A stretch of 46,698 nt of DNA from positions 1 through 46,698 of the forward strand of contig JWZX01003327.1 of the NCBI GenBank assembly GCA_001275005.1, in the 5' to 3' direction. Source of the DNA: Chrysochromulina tobinii (Eukaryota). Position numbers and translations under genes: made by a program. Below are positions 34,144-43,554 of this stretch, one piece after another. Position 1 is the stretch's first letter. Each line of letters opens with the position of its first letter. The notes under the pieces were generated by a model. That model did no database searches. It was not told where the DNA came from and was given only the letters and a program-made list of their open reading frames with translations.

Positions 34144-37100
34144 TCAGATTTGGAATTCAATGACCTCGGCCGTCGCCGGTGCCGCGCCCGCGGCGGCCGC
34201 GACGAGCGCCTCGTCAATCTCTTCGACAGCAAAGGAGGGCGATTGGTCCATTCCAAAGAGCTCAAGGCGCGACGAATGGAAGTGGAGCAGTGATGGACGG
34301 TGGCCCACGGAGAGGTACGTGATGCCCGGGACGGCGCCAATGGCGCGGTACATGGCGGCCTCATTTTTGAGGTCGAGGGCGGAGGTTGCCTCATCGAGGA
34401 TCGCGAGGCGCGGCTTGTTGACGAGCACGCGCGCGAACGCGAGCCTTTGCTGCTCGCCCAAGCTCAGCTCATCACCCCAGTCGCGCACCTGCAATCAGCG
34501 TCCATCATCAGCGCACCCCAGTCGCGCACCTGCAATCAGCGTCCATCATCAGCGCCCATCTTCAGCGCTCATCATCAGCGCCCATCTTCAGCGCTCATCA
34601 TCAGCGCCCATCAGCGCCCATCATCAGCGCCCGTCAGCGCCCATCAGAGGCCACTCACCTTCCATAAGCGGCACGTCCGCGGCACTCACCTAACACAATC
34701 GCACCTCAATTGCATTCAATCGCACTCTCGAGGAGCCTAATCATTGCTAATCAATCTCATACGATGCTAATCAATCGCACTCAATCGCACTCTCAATTAG
34801 CCGAATCATTGCTAATCAATCTCATACGATGCTAATCAATCGCACTCAATCGCACTCTCAATTAGCCGAATCCACGTACCCGATCAAGCCCCTCCTTGCC
34901 AAGCGCAGCCAGCCGACCAAGCTGCACCGTCTGGAGCGCACGCAGGAGCGCCTCATCCGTGTTCGTGCGCGACCACTCGTCGACAGTGCTTGGGTACACA
35001 AGCTGCTGGCGCAAGCTGCCCAGCGTGCAATAGGGGCGCTGCGGCAAGAACATGGTCTGCCCGACGGGTGGGCGCGTGACCTCACCGGAGCCGCGATCCC
35101 ACAGGCCGGCCATCGCGCGCAGCATGGAGGACTTGCCTGTGCCCGAGTTGCCCATGATGAGCAAATGGTGGCCCGCATGCACGTCGACCGACACGTTGGC
35201 GAAGAGCTTGCGAGTGCCGTCGGGGGTGAGAAAGCACAAGTCACGCACCTGATGAGGGAGGCAATCAGCGGCCATCAGTGGCAATCAAGGAGCTCGCAAG
35301 GGCCGTTGGGAAAGATGAGGCTCAGGCGACGCACCATGAGCAATGGCTCTTTCGCCCCCCCCCAGGGTGCAATCAGTATTCAATCATCATTCAATCAGCA
35401 TGCAATCAACATGCAATCAGGCATGCAATCAGGCGACGCACCGTGAGCAACGGCTCTTTCGGGTCCCCCCAAGGTGCAATCTCTCGGTTGAAGATGCGGC
35501 CCGTCGTACTTTGCCGTGTAACGACGCCCAGTAGGGGCTGAGCCGCCAGCGGCGACGCTGCTGGCGGCGGCGGCGATGCTGCTACTGCTGCCAGCGCCGC
35601 CGCTGCCTCGTCCGCGGCGCCCACGGGCGGTGCGGACGGCGGGCCGCGCTGCCCATACAGAATTCGATCCCATAGTGAGCGCTCGGGTTCATCCACTGGC
35701 TGAGTGAGTCGAGCGAGGTGTTCTTTGCTCAGCCGGAACGTCGCGTTACTCTCGCCGCCGCTTTGGAAGCTCTCCATGCGCTCGACGAATGTGCTCAGCC
35801 GAGCGAGCCCTGTGGGGCAAGCACGAGAGGATGGTCCTCAGAGGTCCTCAGAGATCCTCAGAGGTCCTCAAAGGTCCTCAGAGGTCCTCAAAAGCCATCA
35901 GAGGCACTCAGAGGGCCATCAGAGGGCCATCAGAGGGCCATCAGAGGGCCATCAGAGGGCCATCAGAGGGCCATCAGAGGGCCATCAGAGGGCCATCAGA
36001 GGGCCATCAGAGGGCCATCACCTGCGGAGAAGGACGATAGGCCCTCGAACTGGTTGACGATGATCGACAGGTCATTCAGGACGTGATTGAACGCGCCGGT
36101 CGATTGCGTAATCACGCCGAGCTCTACTGAGCCTGCCAAATGTAGACATCGAGACGATGAGCACCGGCAGTGCCAAATGTGGACAGCGAGACGATGAGCA
36201 CCGGCAGGAGGCCATCACAGGCCATCAGAAAGGCCATCAGAGAGGCAACCAGAGGCTTTCAGGGAGGCCATCAGGGGTCATCAGAGGTCATCAGAGAGGC
36301 AACCAGAGGCTTTCAGGGAGGCCATTACCTGCAAAGTAGAGAGGGGAGACGACGAGAACCGGTAGGATCTGGATCAGGTACGAGTAGCCCACTGTGAAGA
36401 ACTCGAGGTTGCGCATAGTGCCTAGGATGGCGCGCTTGTTGCCCACCACGCCACTCAGCCGCGCGCTCACTTCGGCCGCCTCCTGCGCTTCACCCTGGGA
36501 CAAGAGCGAGCACGGCGAGCATCAGGGAGAGGTGCCCAGAGAGAGAGAGGTGCCCAGAGAGAGGTGCTCAGAGAGAGAGGCGATCAGAGAGAGAGAGGCG
36601 ATAAGAGAGAGGTGCCCAGAGAGGCGATCAGAGAGAGGCGATCAGAGAGAGGTGCTCAGAGAGAGGTGCTCAGAGAGGCGATCAGAGAGAGGCGATCAGA
36701 GAAGGTGCTCAGAGAGAGGTGCTCAGAGAGAGAGGTGCTCAGAGAGAGAGGCGATCAGAGAGACCAGATCGTCGCCGATCTGCGCCCACCTGGTAGACAC
36801 CCACCTGGTAGAGAGACCCTCAGAGAGGCAATCAGAGAGGCAATCAGAAAGGCAATCAGAGAGGCAATCAGAGCCGATCCGCGCCCACCTGGTAGAAGGC
36901 GATAGACTCTGCGTTCTCTCTCAAGCGCACAAGCGAGTAGCGCAAGTCAGCCTCGCGTAAGAGCTGCTGCGCATTCTGACCAACGAGAGCCTGGCCGAGC
37001 TTGATGGTGGTTATGGAGCCCACGCCCGCGTACACGAAGATGGCGTAGAACAGGTTGGGGTAGATGGAGTACAGGATGCCCGAAAAGGAGGCGAGGTCGA

Positions 37101-37947
37101 TGACGGCCGTCATCAGTGTGATGAAGAAGTCGAGAGACACCTTGGTGAACGCTGCCACGTCCTCAGTGATGCGCTGGTCCGGGTTGTCAATCTCGCGGTC
37201 AATCTCAATCTTGTAGTACGCCTGGTCGGAGTAGTACTGCCGTGCGAGCTCCGTCGTCATCCACTCACGCCAGTTGAGTGCGAGCCGCGCGCGCTGGAAC
37301 TTGTAGAGCACCTGACGAGGGAGGCACTCAGCGGGCATCAGCGGCCATCCGCATGAATCAGCGGCAGCCAGAGGCCCACGTGAAACTCATGGGGCACGCC
37401 CATCAGCGGCAGTCAGCGGCAGTCAGCGACCCTCATGATACTCATAGAGCACCGTTAGCGGTGTGGCCACAGCCAAGCCGAGGGCGTAGTTGGCCGTCTT
37501 CTCAAGGAAGAGGACCTGATCCTTGGCCGAAAGGGCCGAGTAGAAGTCACGGCCGACGTACGAGAAGATCACCGAGACGCCCGAGTTCATCAGGACGAGC
37601 AGCAGCATCAGCCCAAAGTTGAGCTTGGCGCCCTCGGCCTGCTGAAAGTAAGGTAGCGCGAGGCGCCAGAAGAGGCGCAGGCGCTCCTGCACGGTGACTG
37701 GCGCCGCCGCGTCCATTGAGACATCGCCTTCAGAAACCTCACCCTCATTTGCCGCCGTCGCGCAGATGGGCCGCGCGCGCGCCGACGACGACGACGCCGC
37801 CACTGCCACGAGCGGCGGCACGGCCGCCGCGCCTCGCCGTCGCAAGACGACGGGCGGCGCGGCGGCGAGCGCGGTCAGGCCTATCGACAGGGCCGAGGAG
37901 GAGGTCGTGGTCGCAAAGAGCGACACCACCAGTAGCGGCCGGTGCAT
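34144..37947 (-). CDS. ABC transporter D-family half transporter, probably plastid-targeted; exons 37947-37453, 37311-36889, 36494-36329, 36132-36022, 35809-35442, 35248-34880, 34488-34144
   Basis: DNPDQRI, EADLR..LVRLRENAESIAFY (EAA-like), Walker A GNSGTGKS, FLPQRPY, LSLGEQQRLAFAR, ILDEATSALD and SVGHR. Six GT-AG introns give a continuous 758-aa frame. Confidence 0.9.
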
Positions 37948-38464
37948 GGTATCGGATCGTCAGTGCTCGCACCGCACGTCCGCGAAAGGCGAGACCGCGA
38001 ACTTTTCGGTCGACTTCCCTCGAAGATGCTGGCGCGAAGATGCGCCGTCTCGGTGTTTTGGGCGCCCGAAGTTACGCCGCGAGAACTCAACGTGACGGGG
38101 TCGATCACATGGGACGGTACATATACATGTATCAAGAATGCAGCTGGTCAAAGAATGCATCAACATGTGTTTACATGTGCGATATGGCACACTAGACACT
38201 TCGACAAAGTCGAAAGTGTAACACGCTAGTTACAATTCCGGTGAGTGAAGAATGCTGCATCGCATGCGTATGCCATGATGTATGCACTAAAATGCGGTGT
38301 AATAAACTACACGGAATTGAGTATAAACTCGAAGTATAGACAAACTACACGTCACCCGTTGCGACAAGCGAGGACACCGGCGAGTGCGCGGGAAATTCCT
38401 GCGCGCGGGCCGCGGGCCTTTTCAAGGGTGACTGGTTGGTTCCCTGTTATCTTCGGCTCACGTC

Positions 38465-40123
38465 TCAACCAAGCATCCAATCCGATCGCGACTTGGATAC
38501 GAACCGATCATAGTGAGCGCGCCGTCGCTCTTCGGCGTCTGTCAGCTTGCGATCCAACAGCTGGCGCTGCTCGCGCAGCGTCAGGCTGCCCTTGGCAAGC
38601 TGCCGCGCACGATGCGCTTCGGCCATGGCTACGGTGCGCTGCTTGCGCGTCTCGTCACGGCGCTGCTGCGCGACCTCTTGGGCGACCCTGCGAGAGGATG
38701 AGGCTCGCAACGCCACCTCGGCCTGGAGGTCTTCCATCCGGCGCCTAAGGGCTTGCTCGGGAGCCAGCAGCACGCTGCGCACGCGCGGCTCGTGTAGGGC
38801 GGTCTGAAGCCGGGGGTGCGGTCGGTGCTCGTCTGGAAGGCTGAGCATCATCCTTGGAATGGAGTCTCCCCCCCGTGCCTCCTCCTCCTCCTCCTCCTCC
38901 TCCTCCTCCTCGCCCCTCGCCGAGATCACCTCCTCGATGCATCGGTACCGGTACTCAAGGTTTCGGCTCACCTCTTGCTCACGCTGTGCCTTCATCACCT
39001 TGGCGTAGCACACCGCCGCCTCCTCCGCCGACTCGAAAGTGCCCAGAAACTTGTCGGTGCCTTTATACGGGCAGACGGCGACGAAACGGCCAGGAGACAC
39101 TGCGCATTCGCTCACGCCCTCGTAGCCGGTGGGGCTGCTAGAGGACAGGTGCAACGGCACGCCGCACGCGTACGTCCTCCTAACCGTCGATGCGGGCGGC
39201 GGGGGGTCCGTCCAGGGGTCCGCCCACCTTACCGTCGATGCGGGCGGCGTCCACCTTCCATATTGAGCTGCACGTTCGGGCGGCGCGCTTAGGGCAAGGC
39301 TTGGCGAAGCGGCCACCGCCGGGCTGTACAGAGGATGGAGAGGATGAAGAGACGAGGTCACGCTGTGAAGAGACGAGGTAACGCTGTGAAGAGACGAGGC
39401 CACGCTGTGAAGAGACGAGGTCACTTTGGACGGGTCTGGTGCCGGCGCCGGTGTCGGCGCCGGAGGTGGTGGCGGTGTCGGCGCCGGAGGTGGCAGCGGT
39501 GGCGGCACCGGTGCAGGTGCCGGCGATGACGCCAGCGTCGCAGGTGTTGGCAGGCCGTGTGGTTTGGATGGCTGCGGTAGCGGAGTACTATGTGACGGAT
39601 CCAACTCGACAGCCGCGCGCCCCTGCTGCCACTCTACCCGCGTTGGATGCGTCCAGGGCTGCTGCCAGGGTACGCTGCCAGGGCTACGCTGGAGCTCTGC
39701 AGGCGGACTCATCCCATGGGGTTGGCACGGCGATCTGACGGCAGATGAGCTGCTCCTCGCGGAGGTACTTGTGCTTGTGCGTGTGCTTGTACTTGTGCTG
39801 GCCCGCCCGACTGGCGCACCATCGACCACTGTCTCCACCTCAGCCCGCTCGTGTAGCAGATCAGCCTCGCTCCCGTCGCAGTCATACTGCTGCAGCCAGC
39901 TAGGCTCAGTCTCGGCCTTGGCGTCATCAAAAGTGACGCGTCGCAGTGCCGCGGGAGCTTCAGCCTTCTCAGCCAGCGCAACTTTGGACACCACCTCGGG
40001 ACCAAAATAGGCGCCAAGATCCACCTTGCTACCCAGTGAGAGCTTCCAGGCAGCCACAGCGTCGGATTCAGATAACCGACGGAGTGCCGTGACCGCAGCG
40101 GTCAATGCGTCCCTGTCCTCCAT
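38465..40123 (-). CDS. AP2-domain protein with Pro-rich linker and C-terminal coiled coil
   Basis: TGYEGV...GRFVA...FLGTFESAEEAAVCYAK is AP2-like. Includes a 21-bp in-frame repeat (VTSSLHS) at about 39347-39425. Confidence 0.7.
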   Translation of the reverse strand: MEDRDALTAAVTALRRLSESDAVAAWKLSLGSKVDLGAYFGPEVVSKVALAEKAEAPAALRRVTFDDAKAETEPSWLQQYDCDGSEADLLHERAEVETVVDGAPVGRASTSTSTRTSTSTSARSSSSAVRSPCQPHGMSPPAELQRSPGSVPWQQPWTHPTRVEWQQGRAAVELDPSHSTPLPQPSKPHGLPTPATLASSPAPAPVPPPLPPPAPTPPPPPAPTPAPAPDPSKVTSSLHSVASSLHSVTSSLHSVTSSLHPLHPLYSPAVAASPSLALSAPPERAAQYGRWTPPASTVRWADPWTDPPPPASTVRRTYACGVPLHLSSSSPTGYEGVSECAVSPGRFVAVCPYKGTDKFLGTFESAEEAAVCYAKVMKAQREQEVSRNLEYRYRCIEEVISARGEEEEEEEEEEEARGGDSIPRMMLSLPDEHRPHPRLQTALHEPRVRSVLLAPEQALRRRMEDLQAEVALRASSSRRVAQEVAQQRRDETRKQRTVAMAEAHRARQLAKGSLTLREQRQLLDRKLTDAEERRRAHYDRFVSKSRSDWMLG

Positions 40124-40472
40124 CTTCCTATCTGTCGTCAATCCGCCGCCGCATCGTCCCGACTCTCGTTTCCTGTCGACCGTATCGCCCTGCCTGTCGC
40201 ATCCTCGGATCCAGACCTCGAGTGAGGTGGTGTCCATTTAATTAATAATGTGGTCACTTCCACGTTCACAGTGAACAAAGGCGTCCGCATCCGAACCGAA
40301 AAACCCTCGTGAAACAGCTTCACACCTCCATGGGGCCTCGTCCTACGTCACTCACTCTCACTCCATGCACATGGAGCAGTCGTTCAGCACTGCCGGAAAA
40401 TGCACGGTCGCGAGACGGTTGCGAAACTGGAAACAAGGAAGGACACCTCTGCGGTGCAACATGCCCAATGGG

Positions 40473-41618
40473 CTAATTGGCCTCGACGACCGCAGGGGCG
40501 GCCTTGACAATCTTGGCGAAGCCGAGCTGCCGGTGCTCATAGTCGAACTTGACGTAGTGGGCGCGCATGAACACGTCACCGAGGATGTACAAAGGGCCGG
40601 CGGGTGCGGGCACATCGAGGCCGGTCATCGCGAAGAGGCACTCCGGGCCGTTCTGGAGCGTATAGTCCTTCTTGGTCAGCACGTACTCGGCACCCGCGAT
40701 CGAGATGGTGATGTCCGGTCCCGGACCATCACAAGGGATCGTGTACTCCTTATTCAGGGGTGGGATGGGGCCGAGAGGCTTGGCGCCGACGGCGGCGGCG
40801 ATGGCCTTGATGTCGGCTGAGGGTGCAGCGAGGAGCGAGGTGCCCGAGTCGATGATCGCCCTGTGCGCCGAGCTCACCGACTTGCCCGCGATCGTGATAT
40901 TGTCCAGCGAGATCTCCCAATAGCCAAATTTGTTGGTCGCCGTTGGGATTACGGGTACATACTTAAACTCACCGGTGAAGTGGGCCGGGTTGACGCCCCC
41001 AAGGACGAGCTCGCCGGCGGCGCCGTCGTGGCCGAGATAGAAGGCGAACACAGGTTCGGAGAGCTTGCCGGACGCCACGAGTGCCATCAGAGGAGTCGGA
41101 ACACCGTCGACTGAAATGTCGTCGAGGCCCATGCCACAGATGCCGTCAAACTTGCCGAGCGCGTACGCGGGTCCGAGGCCGGCGGTGTTGTTGACCTCGG
41201 CGAAGAGGTATGACGTCAGCGGAATGTCGCCCATCGTGACCACGTCACGAGAATAGAAGCCTGACACGGGTCCACTGCCGTACTGGATGTGGAAGGTAGA
41301 GCCATTGACTGTATGCGTTGCAGACTTGCGCGAATCGTAGTAGTGGTGCCGGCCCTCCGCGAAGTTGGCCACCCACAGGTTGGACGAGCCGGTGTCGTAA
41401 ACGACCTCGAGCTTCTGCGGCGGCGTGCCCACTGAGATCTCGCCGTAGTACTGCGCGTCCTGATAATCATTAATCACAATGGAATCGACCTCGCCGAGCG
41501 CGGAGTAGCCCAGGCGCAGGCTGCGCTCCATGGTCGTGCGGTCCGGAAGCTCGCGCTTCTTGAGCGGCATGGTGTAGAAGGCTTCGGAGGCAGCGAGGAG
41601 CGTTACGACGGCGAGCAT
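40473..41618 (-). CDS. Pepsin-family aspartic protease (cathepsin D-like), secreted/lysosomal
   Basis: Signal peptide, DAQYYGEI.VGTPPQ, two catalytic motifs DTGSSNLW and IIDSGTS, and ILGDVF. Confidence 0.95.
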   Translation of the reverse strand: MLAVVTLLAASEAFYTMPLKKRELPDRTTMERSLRLGYSALGEVDSIVINDYQDAQYYGEISVGTPPQKLEVVYDTGSSNLWVANFAEGRHHYYDSRKSATHTVNGSTFHIQYGSGPVSGFYSRDVVTMGDIPLTSYLFAEVNNTAGLGPAYALGKFDGICGMGLDDISVDGVPTPLMALVASGKLSEPVFAFYLGHDGAAGELVLGGVNPAHFTGEFKYVPVIPTATNKFGYWEISLDNITIAGKSVSSAHRAIIDSGTSLLAAPSADIKAIAAAVGAKPLGPIPPLNKEYTIPCDGPGPDITISIAGAEYVLTKKDYTLQNGPECLFAMTGLDVPAPAGPLYILGDVFMRAHYVKFDYEHRQLGFAKIVKAAPAVVEAN

Positions 41619-41708
41619 TATTCGTTGTTGCGTGTGGTCCAGGCGTCAGTGTCAGGAGTCGCCGAGCGAGGGCTGCGCTCCAAACATGAAAGCGAGCGCC
41701 CGACATCA

Positions 41709-43536
41709 AGAGTCCTTTCCGTCGATGGCTCAGGAGAGGCAGATGGTGGGTGGGGGGTTGTCGTTGTACACGGAGGTCGTGGGACCCAGACTGATACTAC
41801 GGCCCGCCACCATGCCACTTTCTACGGACCGATTACGCTCCAGACGACGGCCCCACCTTTCTTGGGCGCCGAGCGCGGTACCAACAACGTGGCTGAACTC
41901 ACGGCCTTTGCGGAAGCCCTCGTGTACCTACGGGACATCGAGGGATCCGCCACGCCCGCCATCATTCGTCCGGACTCCACGTATGCCCGCGACGTGGCCC
42001 TTGGTACCGTCACCATCTCCGCTAATTGTACCCTTGCCCGCCAAGTGCGGCAACTATGGATTCACGAGGAGGCTCGACGCGGTGGCCAACTATGGGCTCT
42101 ACACGTTAAAGCCCACTCCTCTAATAAATGGAACGCAGCGGCGGATCATGCAGCGGCTCGCGGTGCCCGCGGCGAGGCCCGAGGCGTAGGGACACGGTGG
42201 GCGGACTGGCCACCGCTCCCACCCCGCAACCTCCGCGCCCATGAGGTGAGTGAATCTGAGCGTGTCATCCGTGCAACACATGCCTTTGGTGTGCTTGCCA
42301 TCCCTGTCCCTGTTGGTGATCACCTGACGTCGACAGACCAGATAGAGGCGTGCACACGAGCCATCCTACTCCGCCTCAACCTGGACAGGAGTCCACGTGC
42401 TCCACAGGCAGTTGCCCGGGTACGCGCTGCACGGACGCTGCTCCTTGATGCTACCCGTCAGCGTGCGGAGGCTCTCCGCCTCATCCGAGAGGGCCTCCAA
42501 CCGATTACGCGGGTGTTAACCTGTCCGGTTAATGCCGCTGCCATGCGCCGCTACATTCGAAACGCAGGTCCGGAAGCGGACGCCCCCAGGGCGGATGGCC
42601 TTGGCACTCTGCGCGAGCGCGCTCGGGACTTCCTGCACGCCCTCGGACAGAACCACGCCGTTCGCATCACGTACCATCACTGTCGACTCGGCGCTGCCCT
42701 CGTGGCGGCGGGATTCATATGCACTGCTCGTGAGTACGCCCTCCGAGGGGATGTAGATCCCTTCCGACTCCCGCGTGCCCTGCGCGACGTTGCCTTTGCT
42801 GGCCGTGGCCATGACCTGGATGACTCGGCCTCTTACCCCCGTGCGTGCCTTGATGTGTTCCAATCGGGGCGTGAACAGTCCAGACTGTTCCTCGCGCACC
42901 GTGAGCAAGTCCTCGCTGAGGTTGGGCTCTTCTTTCTCGGACCCCATGTCTCAGCACCTGCGCGCCGCAAAGCCGCGAAAGACTTGTTCAATGCCCTTGA
43001 TAATGATGGCTCCCTGGAGGCTTGGGAACGACGCCAGGGATGCCCGGCGATGATGCAAATGCCCCCCTTTGCGGTCGGGACTGACGGGGGAGGTCTTCAG
43101 CCTCCGAGCTTACCAGGATAGCCGCCGCGCTCTGACAGGCGAGTTTACTCGTCGGATGCCCACACTGGTCGCCTTTGTTCGCGCTTGGCTTGCACTCCAC
43201 AAGCCCGATAGCGAGCACAAATTCGCACTCACGGCCAAGTCTTTTTTCCTTCAGGAGGCGGAAGGCCTCTCGCGCGCCGCGAAGCTTACCTGGTCACGTC
43301 TGCGGGGCGCTGGGGAAATCACGAGCTTACAACATGATGGTGTTGTCATGGTACTCTCCCAAGGCGTGACATCTACGGATGCATGTGCTGCCTTGACGGA
43401 GGTGTGCACCGCGGCGCTTGGCTATACGCAGCCCGTTGAGGAGAAACCCTTTCAATTCGACCCTGGTGACTCGGAGGATGACCAGGACAGTGTTGCTGAT
43501 GCGGACGCGCGCCCTAATACTCCCCTGAACCCATGA
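41709..43536 (+). CDS. RNase H1-type domain / degenerate J-domain / TV-Pol-like (family A-related) polymerase, split by a +1 frameshift at 43054-43118
   Basis: RNase H: VDGS, TNNVAEL, PDSTYA, HVKAH, NAAAD. Polymerase-like: AREYA...RLPRALR, HDLDDSASYPR, RKAAKDLFNAL, then in the +1 frame FFLQEAE and SLQHDGVV. Confidence 0.7.
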
Positions 43537-43554
43537 CCCCTCGCAAGCTTGCTC

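Noticed and set aside
34659..34689. 31-nt microexon in ABCD intron 6
   Set aside because: It would shift the frame before the ABC signature. Kept only as a possible recursive site.
35704..36960. Plus-strand ORFs such as GPSEGHQRAIR and ERCSEREAIR repeats
   Set aside because: These are antisense translations of intronic tandem repeats of the ABCD gene.
41625..41708. TTG start for the RNase H ORF
   Set aside because: A non-ATG start lying within the presumed 5' UTR/promoter of the protease gene. Recognisable domain sequence begins only at about 41709.
40473..42180. Aspartic protease next to RNase H as an LTR-retrotransposon pol
   Set aside because: The protease is on the opposite strand, has a signal peptide and two catalytic lobes (cellular pepsin family). 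No RT or integrase motifs are present.
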